From NCBI GenBank assembly GCA_964270895.1, contig OZ185440.1: a stretch of DNA of 64,000 bases; one strand, given 5' to 3'. A program made the position numbers and the translations under genes. Positions 36,301 to 43,848 of this stretch are shown piece by piece. Numbering within the stretch: the first letter of the stretch is position 1; each line of letters opens with the position of its first letter. The notes under the pieces were generated by a model. It worked only from the letters and a program-made list of their open reading frames with translations, was not told the origin of the DNA and made no database searches. The DNA comes from Podarcis filfolensis (taxonomy: Eukaryota).

Positions 36301-38055
36301 TAATTGCCCTCTCTTAGGTTCTGCCCTACCTGTTTTGCAGTGCCAGGCTACTTTCGTTCTGATTAGTTATTCCTTCCCTTAAAACTCTTGTTTCCTGCAA
36401 TGACTGTTCCAGAACAAGAACCTGGACTGGTTCCCTCGGATGCGAGCCATGTCACTGGTCAGCAACGAAGGTGAAGGGGAGCAGAACGAGATCCGGTGTC
36501 TACAGGATAAACTGAATTCCACCATGAAATTGGTATCCCATCTCACATCACAGCTCAATGAGCTGAAGGAGCAGGTATGAGAAACTTTAGGAACGGGGTG
36601 CTTTGGGGAGGGACTAAAGGAATGAACTAAGAGAAGCAGCGCCTTTTTGGAACTTTTGGATGTCATAAAATTAGACCACATTTGCTAACCCTTCAACTAA
36701 ATAATGCTCTCTGGGGAAAAAATTTCTGTTGTCTGAATGCAATTGCTTTTAGATGAAGCACAGAGCAGCCCTGGCAACATTCGTAGAAATACAAAGGTAT
36801 CTTATTGCTTTGAATTTTGTGCAGGCTGTCCAGAGGGCATGGTTAATAACTGTCAAAATAAATAAATAAAACGTTAGGATTACAATTCACAATGTGGCAA
36901 ATAGCTAGCCTTTGCCAGCCTTGAGATTCAAACTATTCCTCTCGTATATTCCAAGCACACAATCCAACTCGTAGCTATTGCCACAGTTAGTCTTTTCAAA
37001 TGCTGTTCTGCAAAGAACTCTTATTTGGTGAAAGACGCGGGTGGCGCTGTGGGTTAAACCACAGAGCCTAGGACTTGCCGATCAGAAGGTCGGCGGTTCG
37101 AATTCCCACGACGGGGTGAGCTCCTGTTGCTCGGTCCCTGCTCCTGCCAACCTAGCAGTTTGAAAGCACATCAAAGTGCAAGTAGATAAATAGGTACCGC
37201 TCCGGCGGGAAGGTAAACGGCGTGTCCGTGCGCTGCTCTGGTTTGCCAGAAGTGGCTTAGTCATGCTGGCCACATGACCCAGAAGCTGTACGCCGGCTCC
37301 CTCGGCCAATAAAGCAAGATGAGTGCCGCAACCCCAGAGTCTGTCACGACTGGACCTAATGGTCAGGGGTCCCTTTACTTTTACCTTTAATAGCAGGTTG
37401 CCCCAAAAAGATTAACAGTAGAGGATGCACTGTCCCAAAGATAACATCTGCCTTAACTGATCTCTTTCTACAATGGGGGTGGAGAACCTTTATGGGCTAC
37501 ATCTTCATCTCCCCCACCCAACAGGACCACCCATCTGTCATAGTTAGCCCACAGGCAACAGGGGGGGGAGAACAACTATGGATTGAATTCTATGTGCATC
37601 AGCTGATGAATGGGCAGCTTAATTCCCCCTGAAATTTTTAAGCATAGGCATTGCCATTCAAATAGTGTGTGCCTGCAGCGTCTTGTAATTAATCAGGGTG
37701 ATGCTTACTTGCCCCTCCCCCATATTTTATTCAAGTTGGCACCCCTGGCCTGTGGCTGAAGGTTAACCCCCCTCCCTGCTCTACAACATGTAGGTCAGGG
37801 AAGTGTGGGTACATTTCTACACGAGGAATGCCAGTTAGCTGAGTACACCTAACAAAAGACCTCACAAGCTTCAACATGCAGGGGTTTGTGGCAGAGAACA
37901 CATGTAAATTTGGTAAAAGAATGGTGTTGTGAATTCAACTGAAGAAATGAAAACCATCTTTTAAATCCCCCGTTTTTATATTCCAGATGACAGAGCAAAG
38001 GAAGCGAAGGCAGCGGATGGGCTTTGTGGATGTCCAGAACAGTCTGAACCACTGA
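595..38055 (+). CDS. ITPR3: Inositol 1,4,5-trisphosphate receptor type 3, 5'-partial spliced CDS (39 exons in window, about 1853 aa; probably exons 20-58)
   Basis: Exons joined by splice sites and phase give an uninterrupted frame of 5563 nt. It includes the pore filter GGGVGD (34141-34158), CFIC...H...H zinc finger, Akt site RMRAMS, PKA-type RRS/RKQS sites and C-terminal [10 protein letters not shown]. Wording matches ITPR3 rather than ITPR1/2, and synteny with UQCC2/IP6K3 agrees. Confidence 0.97.
1558..1784. mobile_element. Tc1/mariner-superfamily MITE (family A), left TIR degenerate
   Basis: Ends GAGGTACCACTG|TA; body near-identical to the copies at 5878 and 46022; internal 16-bp unit GGGTTACAAACACTTT repeated about 2.7 times. 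Confidence 0.8.
1798..1882. repeat. Imperfect inverted repeat (hairpin)
   Basis: About 40-bp arms around a 5-nt loop. Confidence 0.8.
2195..2234. repeat. (CT)20 microsatellite
   Basis: Seen directly. Confidence 0.95.
2241..2388 (+). CDS. ITPR3: ITPR3 exon ([16 protein letters not shown]...)
   Basis: cccag|GTT ... ACTG|gtatgt, 148 nt. Confidence 0.92.
3140..3336 (+). CDS. ITPR3: ITPR3 exon ([10 protein letters not shown]...RKQSIF...LEILQ)
   Basis: ccag|GG ... CAG|gttagg, 197 nt; carries RRS (3151-3159) and RKQS (3202-3213) kinase motifs. Confidence 0.93.
3494..3623 (+). CDS. ITPR3: ITPR3 exon ([15 protein letters not shown]...)
   Basis: cag|TTC ... ACAA|gtaatc, 130 nt. Confidence 0.92.
4451..4508 (+). 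CDS. ITPR3: ITPR3 exon ([18 protein letters not shown])
   Basis: tgcag|CT ... TTGG|gtaagt, 58 nt. Confidence 0.9.
4737..4902 (+). CDS. ITPR3: ITPR3 exon ([20 protein letters not shown]...)
   Basis: gcag|GAAA ... CAG|gtaact, 166 nt. Confidence 0.92.
5346..5510 (+). CDS. ITPR3: ITPR3 exon ([14 protein letters not shown]...)
   Basis: gcag|GTT ... GAG|gtagag, 165 nt. Confidence 0.92.
5878..6105. mobile_element. Tc1/mariner-superfamily MITE (family A)
   Basis: TA|CAGTGGTACCTC ... GAGGTACCACTG|TA. Confidence 0.88.
6234..6302 (+). CDS. ITPR3: ITPR3 exon ([23 protein letters not shown])
   Basis: cccag|CGT ... GGG|gtaagc, 69 nt. Confidence 0.9.
6594..6719 (+). CDS. ITPR3: ITPR3 exon ([14 protein letters not shown]...)
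   Basis: cag|ATT ... AAG|gtgaga, 126 nt. Confidence 0.93.
7017..7139 (+). CDS. ITPR3: ITPR3 exon ([16 protein letters not shown]...)
   Basis: acag|GGT ... GGG|gtaaga, 123 nt. Confidence 0.92.
7729..7929 (+). CDS. ITPR3: ITPR3 exon ([11 protein letters not shown]...QDMIMTE)
   Basis: ccag|CTT ... GAG|gtgagg, 201 nt. Confidence 0.93.
9084..9335 (+). CDS. ITPR3: ITPR3 exon ([15 protein letters not shown]...EDCITE)
   Basis: cag|CTG ... GAG|gtgagg, 252 nt. Confidence 0.93.
10061..10186 (+). CDS. ITPR3: ITPR3 exon ([17 protein letters not shown]...DMAR), GC donor
   Basis: tcag|GTG ... AGG|gcaagt, 126 nt; the frame joins DMAR to VCKKREK only via the GC donor. Confidence 0.9.
11200..11412 (+). mobile_element. 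Old MIR/CORE-like SINE
   Basis: ...ATCTGCAATGGGAGGATGATGATAATATCAACCTACCTTATAGGGTTGTAGTTAGGATT...GTGCTTTG. Confidence 0.5.
11438..11563 (+). CDS. ITPR3: ITPR3 exon ([16 protein letters not shown]...)
   Basis: acag|GTG ... CAG|gtacaa, 126 nt. Confidence 0.92.
12103..12361 (+). mobile_element. LINE 3' end (L2-like) with (ATT)n tail
   Basis: ...GCAGCCCTGTTTAGGGAAG...CCCAGCCAGATGGG...AAATAATATATT(ATT)n; family assignment from recall. Confidence 0.6.
12723..12843 (+). CDS. ITPR3: ITPR3 exon ([13 protein letters not shown]...)
   Basis: gcag|ACC ... GTTG|gtaagg, 121 nt. Confidence 0.92.
13184..13368 (+). CDS. ITPR3: ITPR3 exon ([15 protein letters not shown]...IIEKLQ)
   Basis: cag|CC ... CAG|gtaggg, 185 nt. 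Confidence 0.92.
13605..13653. repeat. 24/25-bp tandem duplication
   Basis: GAAATTTGCATCTTCCTTTT(T)CTAC twice. Confidence 0.9.
13771..13919 (+). CDS. ITPR3: ITPR3 exon ([18 protein letters not shown]...)
   Basis: ccag|GAC ... TCCAA|gtaagt, 149 nt. Confidence 0.92.
14121..14505 (+). mobile_element. Sauria SINE
   Basis: tRNA-like head GGCGCTGTGG...GGTTCGAATCC, conserved body GCAAGTAGATAAATAGGTAC, (ACCTTT)-like tail; 9-bp TSD TACTCCTGG. Confidence 0.88.
14701..14809 (+). CDS. ITPR3: ITPR3 exon ([15 protein letters not shown]...)
   Basis: ctag|ATT ... AGG|gtgagt, 109 nt. Confidence 0.92.
15589..15679 (+). CDS. ITPR3: ITPR3 exon ([14 protein letters not shown]...)
   Basis: ccag|GGC ... ACTG|gtaagt, 91 nt. 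Confidence 0.91.
16101..16245 (-). mobile_element. BovB (RTE LINE) 3' end, 5'-truncated
   Basis: Reverse complement ...CCATGGGGTCACGAAGAGTCGGACACGAC...(CAA)n tail; 13-bp TSD CAAGGTAGCAAAT at 16088-16100 and 16246-16258. Confidence 0.88.
16550..16719 (+). CDS. ITPR3: ITPR3 exon ([16 protein letters not shown]...GGNTEIQ)
   Basis: acag|GC ... CAG|gtttgc, 170 nt. Confidence 0.92.
17072..17282. mobile_element. Tc1/mariner-type MITE with related TIR and different interior
   Basis: TA|CAGTGGTACCTCTA ... TAGAGGTATAACTG|TA. Confidence 0.75.
17369..17718 (-). mobile_element. Sauria SINE (young)
   Basis: Same body in reverse orientation; perfect 34-bp direct repeats at 17335-17368 and 17719-17752. 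Confidence 0.92.
17935..18270 (+). mobile_element. Sauria SINE (young, 5'-truncated)
   Basis: Body plus (ACCTTT)n tail; TSD ACCTCTGGGG(G)AAAA. Confidence 0.9.
18733..18907 (+). CDS. ITPR3: ITPR3 exon ([17 protein letters not shown]...)
   Basis: ctgaag|AAA ... AAAG|gtatgt, 175 nt. Confidence 0.91.
19806..19990 (+). CDS. ITPR3: ITPR3 exon (RVTSFMLP...[10 protein letters not shown])
   Basis: gcag|AA ... CAG|gtgggc, 185 nt. Confidence 0.92.
20111..20311 (+). CDS. ITPR3: ITPR3 exon ([15 protein letters not shown]...GPCHENQ)
   Basis: acag|AAC ... CAG|gtaacc, 201 nt. Confidence 0.93.
20508..20618 (+). CDS. ITPR3: ITPR3 exon ([14 protein letters not shown]...)
   Basis: acag|AGC ... AAG|gtagat, 111 nt. 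Confidence 0.92.
21014..21109 (+). CDS. ITPR3: ITPR3 exon ([16 protein letters not shown]...)
   Basis: ttag|GAC ... TTG|gtaaga, 96 nt. Confidence 0.92.
22299..22400 (+). CDS. ITPR3: ITPR3 exon (VDVIKKAY...[10 protein letters not shown])
   Basis: acag|GTT ... CAG|gtatcc, 102 nt. Confidence 0.92.
23200..23286 (+). CDS. ITPR3: ITPR3 exon ([14 protein letters not shown]...)
   Basis: tcag|CTG ... ATG|gtatgt, 87 nt. Confidence 0.92.
24212..24579 (-). mobile_element. Sauria SINE
   Basis: Reverse complement begins GGGATGCGGGTGGCGCTGTGGTCTAAACC. Confidence 0.87.
25233..25343 (+). CDS. ITPR3: ITPR3 exon ([12 protein letters not shown]...HTSQIE)
   Basis: acag|CTC ... GAG|gtgggg, 111 nt. Confidence 0.91.
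26365..26557 (+). CDS. ITPR3: ITPR3 exon ([16 protein letters not shown]...)
   Basis: ccag|ATT ... CGCA|gtaaga, 193 nt. Confidence 0.93.
27050..27460 (-). mobile_element. Decayed L2/CR1-clade LINE endonuclease fragment
   Basis: Minus-strand peptides [11 protein letters not shown] and [26 protein letters not shown] resemble the APE motifs GDFNxH and GPTHxxGHTLDLVF, split by a frameshift. Confidence 0.65.
27519..27640. mobile_element. Short dispersed palindromic repeat (hAT-MITE-like); related copies near 2555-2661, 8926-9035, 38995-39060, 42100-42190 and 42275-42460
   Basis: Shared core AACTCCCATCATCC...CATGCTGGCTGGGGCTGATGGGAGTTG. Confidence 0.65.
27965..28090 (+). CDS. ITPR3: ITPR3 exon ([10 protein letters not shown]...; first TM helix)
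   Basis: atag|GC ... ATGG|gtatat, 126 nt. Confidence 0.92.
28449..29054. mobile_element. hAT (Charlie-like) non-autonomous element
   Basis: TIR CAGTGGTTTTCAACC / GGTTGAAAACCTCTG; perfect 8-bp TSD ATGTAGAT at 28441-28448 and 29055-29062. Confidence 0.9.
29815..29987 (+). CDS. ITPR3: ITPR3 exon ([12 protein letters not shown]...LGALN)
   Basis: ccag|GA ... AAT|gtaagt, 173 nt. Confidence 0.92.
30537..30701 (+). CDS. ITPR3: ITPR3 exon ([16 protein letters not shown]...)
   Basis: acag|CTG ... TTG|gtatgc, 165 nt. Confidence 0.93.
31119..31311 (+). CDS. ITPR3: ITPR3 exon ([11 protein letters not shown]...; TM5)
   Basis: tcag|CTG ... AAAG|gtttgc, 193 nt. Confidence 0.93.
31993..32489. mobile_element. 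Probable solo LTR
   Basis: Starts TGTCAGG and ends CCTGACA (terminal inverted 7-mer, TG...CA); about 500 bp; TSD imperfect. Confidence 0.5.
33258..33362 (+). CDS. ITPR3: ITPR3 exon (luminal loop, [12 protein letters not shown]...)
   Basis: ccag|GT ... GAAG|gtaggt, 105 nt. Confidence 0.88.
34058..34182 (+). CDS. ITPR3: ITPR3 exon (pore helix and GGGVGD filter)
   Basis: ccag|AA ... GAT|gtgagt, 125 nt. Confidence 0.93.
34730..34895 (+). CDS. ITPR3: ITPR3 exon (TM6 ... KTTCFIC)
   Basis: taaag|GAG ... TGTG|gtaatt, 166 nt. Confidence 0.94.
35753..35913 (+). CDS. ITPR3: ITPR3 exon (LERDKFDNK...YVAQMIK)
   Basis: ttag|GA ... AAG|gtaaag, 161 nt. Confidence 0.93.
36413..36574 (+). CDS. ITPR3: ITPR3 exon ([15 protein letters not shown]...ELKEQ)
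   Basis: ccag|AAC ... CAG|gtatga, 162 nt. Confidence 0.93.
37033..37388 (+). mobile_element. Sauria SINE
   Basis: GACGCGGGTGGCGCTGTGGGTTAAACC ... CCCTTTACTTTTACCTTT. Confidence 0.9.
37987..38055 (+). CDS. ITPR3: ITPR3 last coding exon ([22 protein letters not shown])
   Basis: ccag|ATG ... TGA at 38053-38055. Confidence 0.93.
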   Translation: MTEQRKRRQRMGFVDVQNSLNH

Positions 38056-39176
38056 GACAGCAGAATCTACTTCACCAAGCTAAAACTCTACTTTACATAT
38101 GCACTTCCTGAGAAGGATATTTGGTACTAGGTTGCCAGCACAGATCTCATCCATCAAAGAAAGCCGATTCATGTCATGTTGATTCATATTTTGGCATTCC
38201 GGCACCACCTTCTGTTCATCTCCAGTAGGGCTGATTGCATTTTATTCAAGAGAGAGACCTGAAGCTGACAACTAGTATGATTTGTCGCTTTGTGCGGATT
38301 CATAGTTTACCATACATTTGGGAGCTTTGCTGCTCCTTATGATAGCTCTGTTGCTATAACATGGGTTATCTGTCTCCATGCACTACATTTTGATGGCTTC
38401 GCAGCCAGGTGCAAATAGGATTGACACTGTTACTAGCAAGTAGTAGTTGCTATATTTTAACTTATTTTAACAGAGTCCATGAAATTCAACATACATGGAT
38501 CTCTCTTTTTACAAGCTTGTCATCTCAGTTTTCCTGGAGTCACTGGCATTTTTCTTCATCTCTAGAATCCTATCTAACCCAAGAAGAAACTAAGAAAATC
38601 TACTATTAGCTTAACACTTCGACTGAAGACGAGCGGCAGATTCCATTGTTGAGAAATGCAATGGCATTTCGTTCCATGGAGAGACTTTTATCGGCGTTAG
38701 CGGAAGATTGCATGTTTGTACTGCACTGTGAAAGAGCAATCTCTTCCCCCTCTTGCTCACACAATAGGTTAGAAGACAGTACACACTTAGGCGTTAGCCT
38801 GCTTCTGGGAAGGTTAAAAGGTGGTAGAACTGGATTATTTCAGCTGGCTAATGCAAGGTAGCAGAAATATTTCAACTATCATCAGAATGGACATTGAAGG
38901 GTCATTAGTTAGTTAGTGTAAGAAAACAAGTTTGGGGAGAAGGATGGAGAGAAAACAAGAGTACATTATAAAAGTCCTGAGATGTAAATTAACTACACCT
39001 CTACCAGCCCTGCTATGCTGGCTGGGGCTGGTGTGAACTGGAGGGCACCACACTGCGAAAGACTTGTTTTAGAATTTCCCTAATCAACATACACTGCCCC
39101 AGAGCATTTCCCTAACCATTTAGAAGCATTGCAAGTTCGACTTCAACAGCCAGGCTACAACTCAAACTCAACTGTA

Positions 39177-39182
39177 AATAAA
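39177..39182 (+). terminator. Candidate ITPR3 polyadenylation signal
   Basis: AATAAA directly preceded by TGTA, with GT-rich sequence (aggtttgtct) about 20 nt downstream. A second AATAAA lies at 39483-39488. Confidence 0.55.
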
Positions 39183-39221
39183 ACAAAGTACATTAGGTAC
39201 AGGTTTGTCTAACTGTGAGAG

Positions 39222-39240
39222 TGGCCACTAGAGGGAGATG
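39222..39240 (+). promoter_or_regulatory. Candidate CTCF binding site
   Basis: TGGCCACTAGAGGGAGATG closely matches the CTCF core CCAcYAGrGGGCr. Confidence 0.55.
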
Positions 39241-40456
39241 ATTAGGGAGAGATGATGACAGTTCCTTGTTCCAGCCTCCATATGCTTTTCCATTCCTTTC
39301 TGACCCAAGCAGGGTGTTCCCCAAGGGTACATATTACAGTGCAGGTTGAAGGGGGCGGGGAAAAGATTTCATTAATCAAGAGTGCAGCTTTGCAATTTGT
39401 CTTGCTCTGGAATATTTTACAAATATTGTTTTAAGTTTTAATGTGGTAACTTCCTTAAGTTAACACAAACAGAACCAAATACAATAAAATGGAAGGGAGA
39501 AGGAATCACCTCTCGATATGCTTGTTGGTAAAGCTACAAACTTGTCAGACATTAATACGACTGAGCAGATTTTTTAAAGATCTGTTGGATTAGTTGGATT
39601 CTGCTTGATACTGAAGCTATTTAAGCAAATATTTCAGACATATCCTTTTCGGTAGGTTTTCATGAAATGCTCTGACTAGCCCGACTAATCTTGCCACAAG
39701 ATTCCAGGGTGTTCCTAGGCTCACTCTAGGGTGAATTCCATGTTTGCACAGAATGCTGGAAGACCTACTGGCCCTGTTTTCTCATGCTAGATGAGAACAG
39801 ATGCTGCTTGTATTGCAGGGGCAGATTATGGTGAACCATTTGTTTTTAGAAACTTGACTACTGTTGCCCATTTTTTTTACAGCAAAAACTGGTGTTCTAC
39901 AGAACAAAAAGCTTGAAAATGAGTGCTCTACTGCAACAATTTTGCACCAACATATGGCAGTTGTGCCTTCCTTGAATAAGTGGTGGCATTCCAGTAAAAC
40001 ACACAAGACCACACATCTGTATGCTATAGTGCCTGTATTTGTTTGGGAATATTCTGAATTCTAAAAAGCCATGAAATACAATTCAGTGATGTCCCAGCAT
40101 ATCAACTGCATACCAGCTGTGTTCTAACAGCATACAGCCTTTCCCTAAAAAACATGCAAACACCTAGACATGCCGAAGCGTAGCAACCCCGTCAATATAT
40201 TTAAAGGCTTTCTAACATCTTCCTAAAAACCAATGTAATCAAGAAGGGCTTGCTTGTCCCATTCCAGAATAGCTTCACCAGTACTGAAGCATTGTTCCCT
40301 GAGATAGAAATGGTTCTGAGATGAGATGTCAAAACCAGATCTCTTTGCTTTAAAAGGTCTGACATCATCCTAGGTAAGCAAATGAAACAAACAAACCTCT
40401 GTTTCAAGGAGGCAAAATATAGAGCTTTAGGAAAATTGGCTAGTGTCACAAAGTTA

Positions 40457-40551
40457 TCATTTGGAATCTTCTTCAGGATTCTTGGCAGAAAATTTCTCAC
40501 GTAACTTTGTCCATTTTCCTTTCTTTGCTTCTTCCATCTGCTTCAAGCTAG
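40457..40551 (-). CDS. UQCC2: UQCC2 exon 4 ([20 protein letters not shown]...*)
   Basis: tgcag|CT ... TGA at 40459-40457. Confidence 0.9.
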
Positions 40552-43500
40552 CTGCATTAAGAGGAAGTCAGAAAAGACAAAAAATAATAGGGTTTTCATT
40601 ATAAAAGCAATTTTCTTTCAGAGGCTGCTTAAACAGTAACATGGTGATATATGCATGTTTGCCATCATGTATACATGTGACAGAAAGCCACAGCCAGTCC
40701 TAGTTCCCTGGCACATGTGCCTGTGCAGTTCACATGCCTGAACACTGACATTAATCATGCCCAACCACTCCATTTAAAGTACACTCTAAAAACCATAAGG
40801 TGTGAAACAACCATTCGTTTTCATCTCAATAAGTTTATGTTTCGCTGCCCGGGGCAGACCTGCTCTCCTTAGTCAGAACAGTACATGTGGAGCCAGCAAA
40901 GACTAGCATTTTCTATGCACTGCAGCCAGAACACAAGACTGCTATTTAGCTTCAGGACACTTCAGGAATGTTTAAATTTACTGTTTCTATAAAGGCTGTT
41001 TGTCTCGATACAGTTAGCTTAGATAAATCATAGTATAATAGAAAACTCTTGAACTGTAAAAAGTGAAACCAAGCAGAGAAAGCATCTTCTACACAGGTTA
41101 ATTTAGACTGTTCTTTATCGTATTTCTTGTTCCCAAGCAGAAACCACAAATGCAGGAAGAATGGAAAGCAACAAAATCAGTTGATTACTGCTGTCTATTG
41201 TGGGAGTGACCAGGAGTCTTAATTTGAGGCTCATTAGCTCTGGGAACACACACTCCCTTCTTCAGACTTGTGTGTCTCAAATGCAGGACAATTTAATGCT
41301 GAAAACCCCAATTCTGTACTGAAAGGATTGGAGGCAAAACAGCTGATGAGAAACAAGAGAGCAGTATTAGCATGGTCAGGTGGACCCTGAAGTATTCAAT
41401 AGTACAAATTATTATTGTAAAAAAACCAAGAGGCAGCACCCCTCCTTGGCAGCCCATGCAGCTCGCAAGAGAAGGAATGGCTGGCACCTTGAACAGCTGT
41501 TAGGGAGCGAGAAATTACAGGTCCCACTTGCATCTATTTTCTAGACTAAGCTCAACTTTTTGGGACACAAAATCCATTTATCATAGTGTGCCACATTCCT
41601 CAAGTAACATGTTACTCTTAGCACTAACATTAAAGACAGAATACAATTGGTGCATTACAAATAGCTTTTGCATAATGTTTTGCTCATGGGAAGGCTATTT
41701 ATGGGAAGGAGGGAGGGAGGAAACTCCTGTGTGCAAAGCAGGGGGGATGTAAAGGGCAGCTGAACCGTTTTAGCCAACCAGATACAGAACAGTAAATGGA
41801 TAAAGCATAGTTTGCTCAAATACCTGTTGCAAGGACTAGCTTACATTCTTCAACTGTCACCCCAGTAAAGCTTGTATCTTTCAAACGTGGATACTATGCA
41901 AACAAACAGAAAAATATATATAAATATAGCAGCCTCCTGCTTCCCCTGAGAACAATGTTCTCTTAATCTTTCTTCTCATATGGCATCAAAATTGTATGCT
42001 GAAGTAAATTCGCTAAATGCCATAGCACGAACATGCTCACTGCTGTTTCATTCATATATATGAATGCATTTCTGAAATAGCAGGGATGGCTAACATGGAC
42101 CTCCAAATGCACAACTACACTCCCATCAAGCATAGCCAGTAGCGTCGGATTGGGGCAATTGTAGTCTTAACACTAGGAGAGCCACAGGCTTGCCACTCCA
42201 ATTTACACAGTAAAAGGTGAACTGGCTTGCTCAAGAAAAAGCAAAGACACTGTGGTAGATAATATAGTGTCATCTGGATGTTATTGGACTTCAACTCCCA
42301 TTAACCCTGATAATGGGATAATTATCAGGGGGTTGGACTAGATGACCCTTGTGGTCCCTTCCAACTTTATAATTCTATGATTTTATTGGACATGCTGGCT
42401 AAGGCTGATGGGAGCTGGAGTCAAACAACATCTAGAAGGTGCCATGTTGGCTTCCCCTGCAAAAGATAAATCAGAGGGGTCTTAGTATCAGGATTACAAA
42501 ACACATCCCAGAGGCAGCTGTCAGATTCTAACACTGGGTACCTGGCCACAGTGATAGGACTTACCTTGTTTTTATAGTAATTGGTATGGATTTTGGCTAA
42601 ACTCTCAAACATTTCATCGCAGGTCACTGGATCAGAAATCTGCAAGAGTACAAAAGTACAGTGAAATTATTCCTAGAGTGTAAACAACACTTCCATTGAA
42701 CAGAAATTTTATATTACCAGTGTTGTAGAGGAAGACATTACATTTTAAAATGCAAACTAGTTTTGTTCTTCGTATCTATTCCAACAGAGTCACTGAGTTA
42801 AAATACAATCAGAAGCCCATCCCTGAGCAAAAACCTATCTAAGCTCCAGCTCTTTCACATATCAACCCAAAAGTCCTGAGCATACTATGAACTCTCTGTT
42901 GAGATAAGGGGGAATTTTCTTACTTACTCAAAAATGACAAAACCCAAATCCCATGTCAATGGCAAATTCTAAACCCAGGCCCTGCCACCATTCAGTCTCA
43001 CTTATTTCCTTTGAACCCTTAGCTTACCAATATTCCATAAATCTGGGGTACAGGCATGGTACAAAGCCAGTCAGATACAGATAATTAACAGAGATAATTA
43101 TATTAATTTATTACACAATTATTAAGTGCAAAAGTTTTTCTGGTTACTTCAGAAATAGCCCTTTATCTTTAGATTATACTTTTTAAACTTCTTACTGTCA
43201 CTTTAAATACCAATAGCTTACATCCAGCTAAGACAGCTTTAAAGGAACAGTAAATTGGATAGCTCAGTCAGTAGAGTAAGAGACTCTTAATCTCAGGGTT
43301 GTGGGTTCAAGCCCCACATTGGGCAAAAGAGATTCTTGCATTGCAGGGGGTTGGACTAGATGACCCTCATGGTCCCTTCCAACTCTAGAGTTTATGATTA
43401 AAGCCCTTTAGCCGAATTGCTTTTGTACTCTCTCCACCCCAGTTAACACTAAAATGGAGGACTCTGTTGGAAGCCTCTTCATCCAACCCTTTACTGACCT

Positions 43501-43774
43501 ATTGAAGAAATTTGTTTTGCTGCATTGCCCTGGAAATCTGCCCTCTCCTGCCAGTCACCAACATTCTGGTTCTCCCTTTTCCTCCTCAGCCTAAGCCAAG
43601 TGATTCAGCTACCCACAGCAAGTTATCAGCCAACAAGGCATTCCACCTGTCCCTCATGTCTTCCTTCTTCCCTGACCCCCTTCCCCTGCTGTCACAGACC
43701 ACCCTTAACTCCAAGTCTCCAGCCCACCCCAATTTTCAATTAACTAACTGCTGACCAGCACCCAACCATTTATA

Positions 43775-43848
<74 letters not shown>

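Noticed and set aside
41824-41844. GT...AG 21-mer that looks like a micro-intron
   Set aside because: Far below the minimal spliceosomal intron size and encodes residues alignable to UQCC2; kept only as an alternative donor.
42049-42066. Perfect 18-bp palindrome CATTCATATATATGAATG
   Set aside because: AT-microsatellite centre makes chance occurrence plausible.
43254-43325. Possible tRNA-Lys gene
   Set aside because: Acceptor stem cannot pair and a CR1 tail follows; it is a SINE head.
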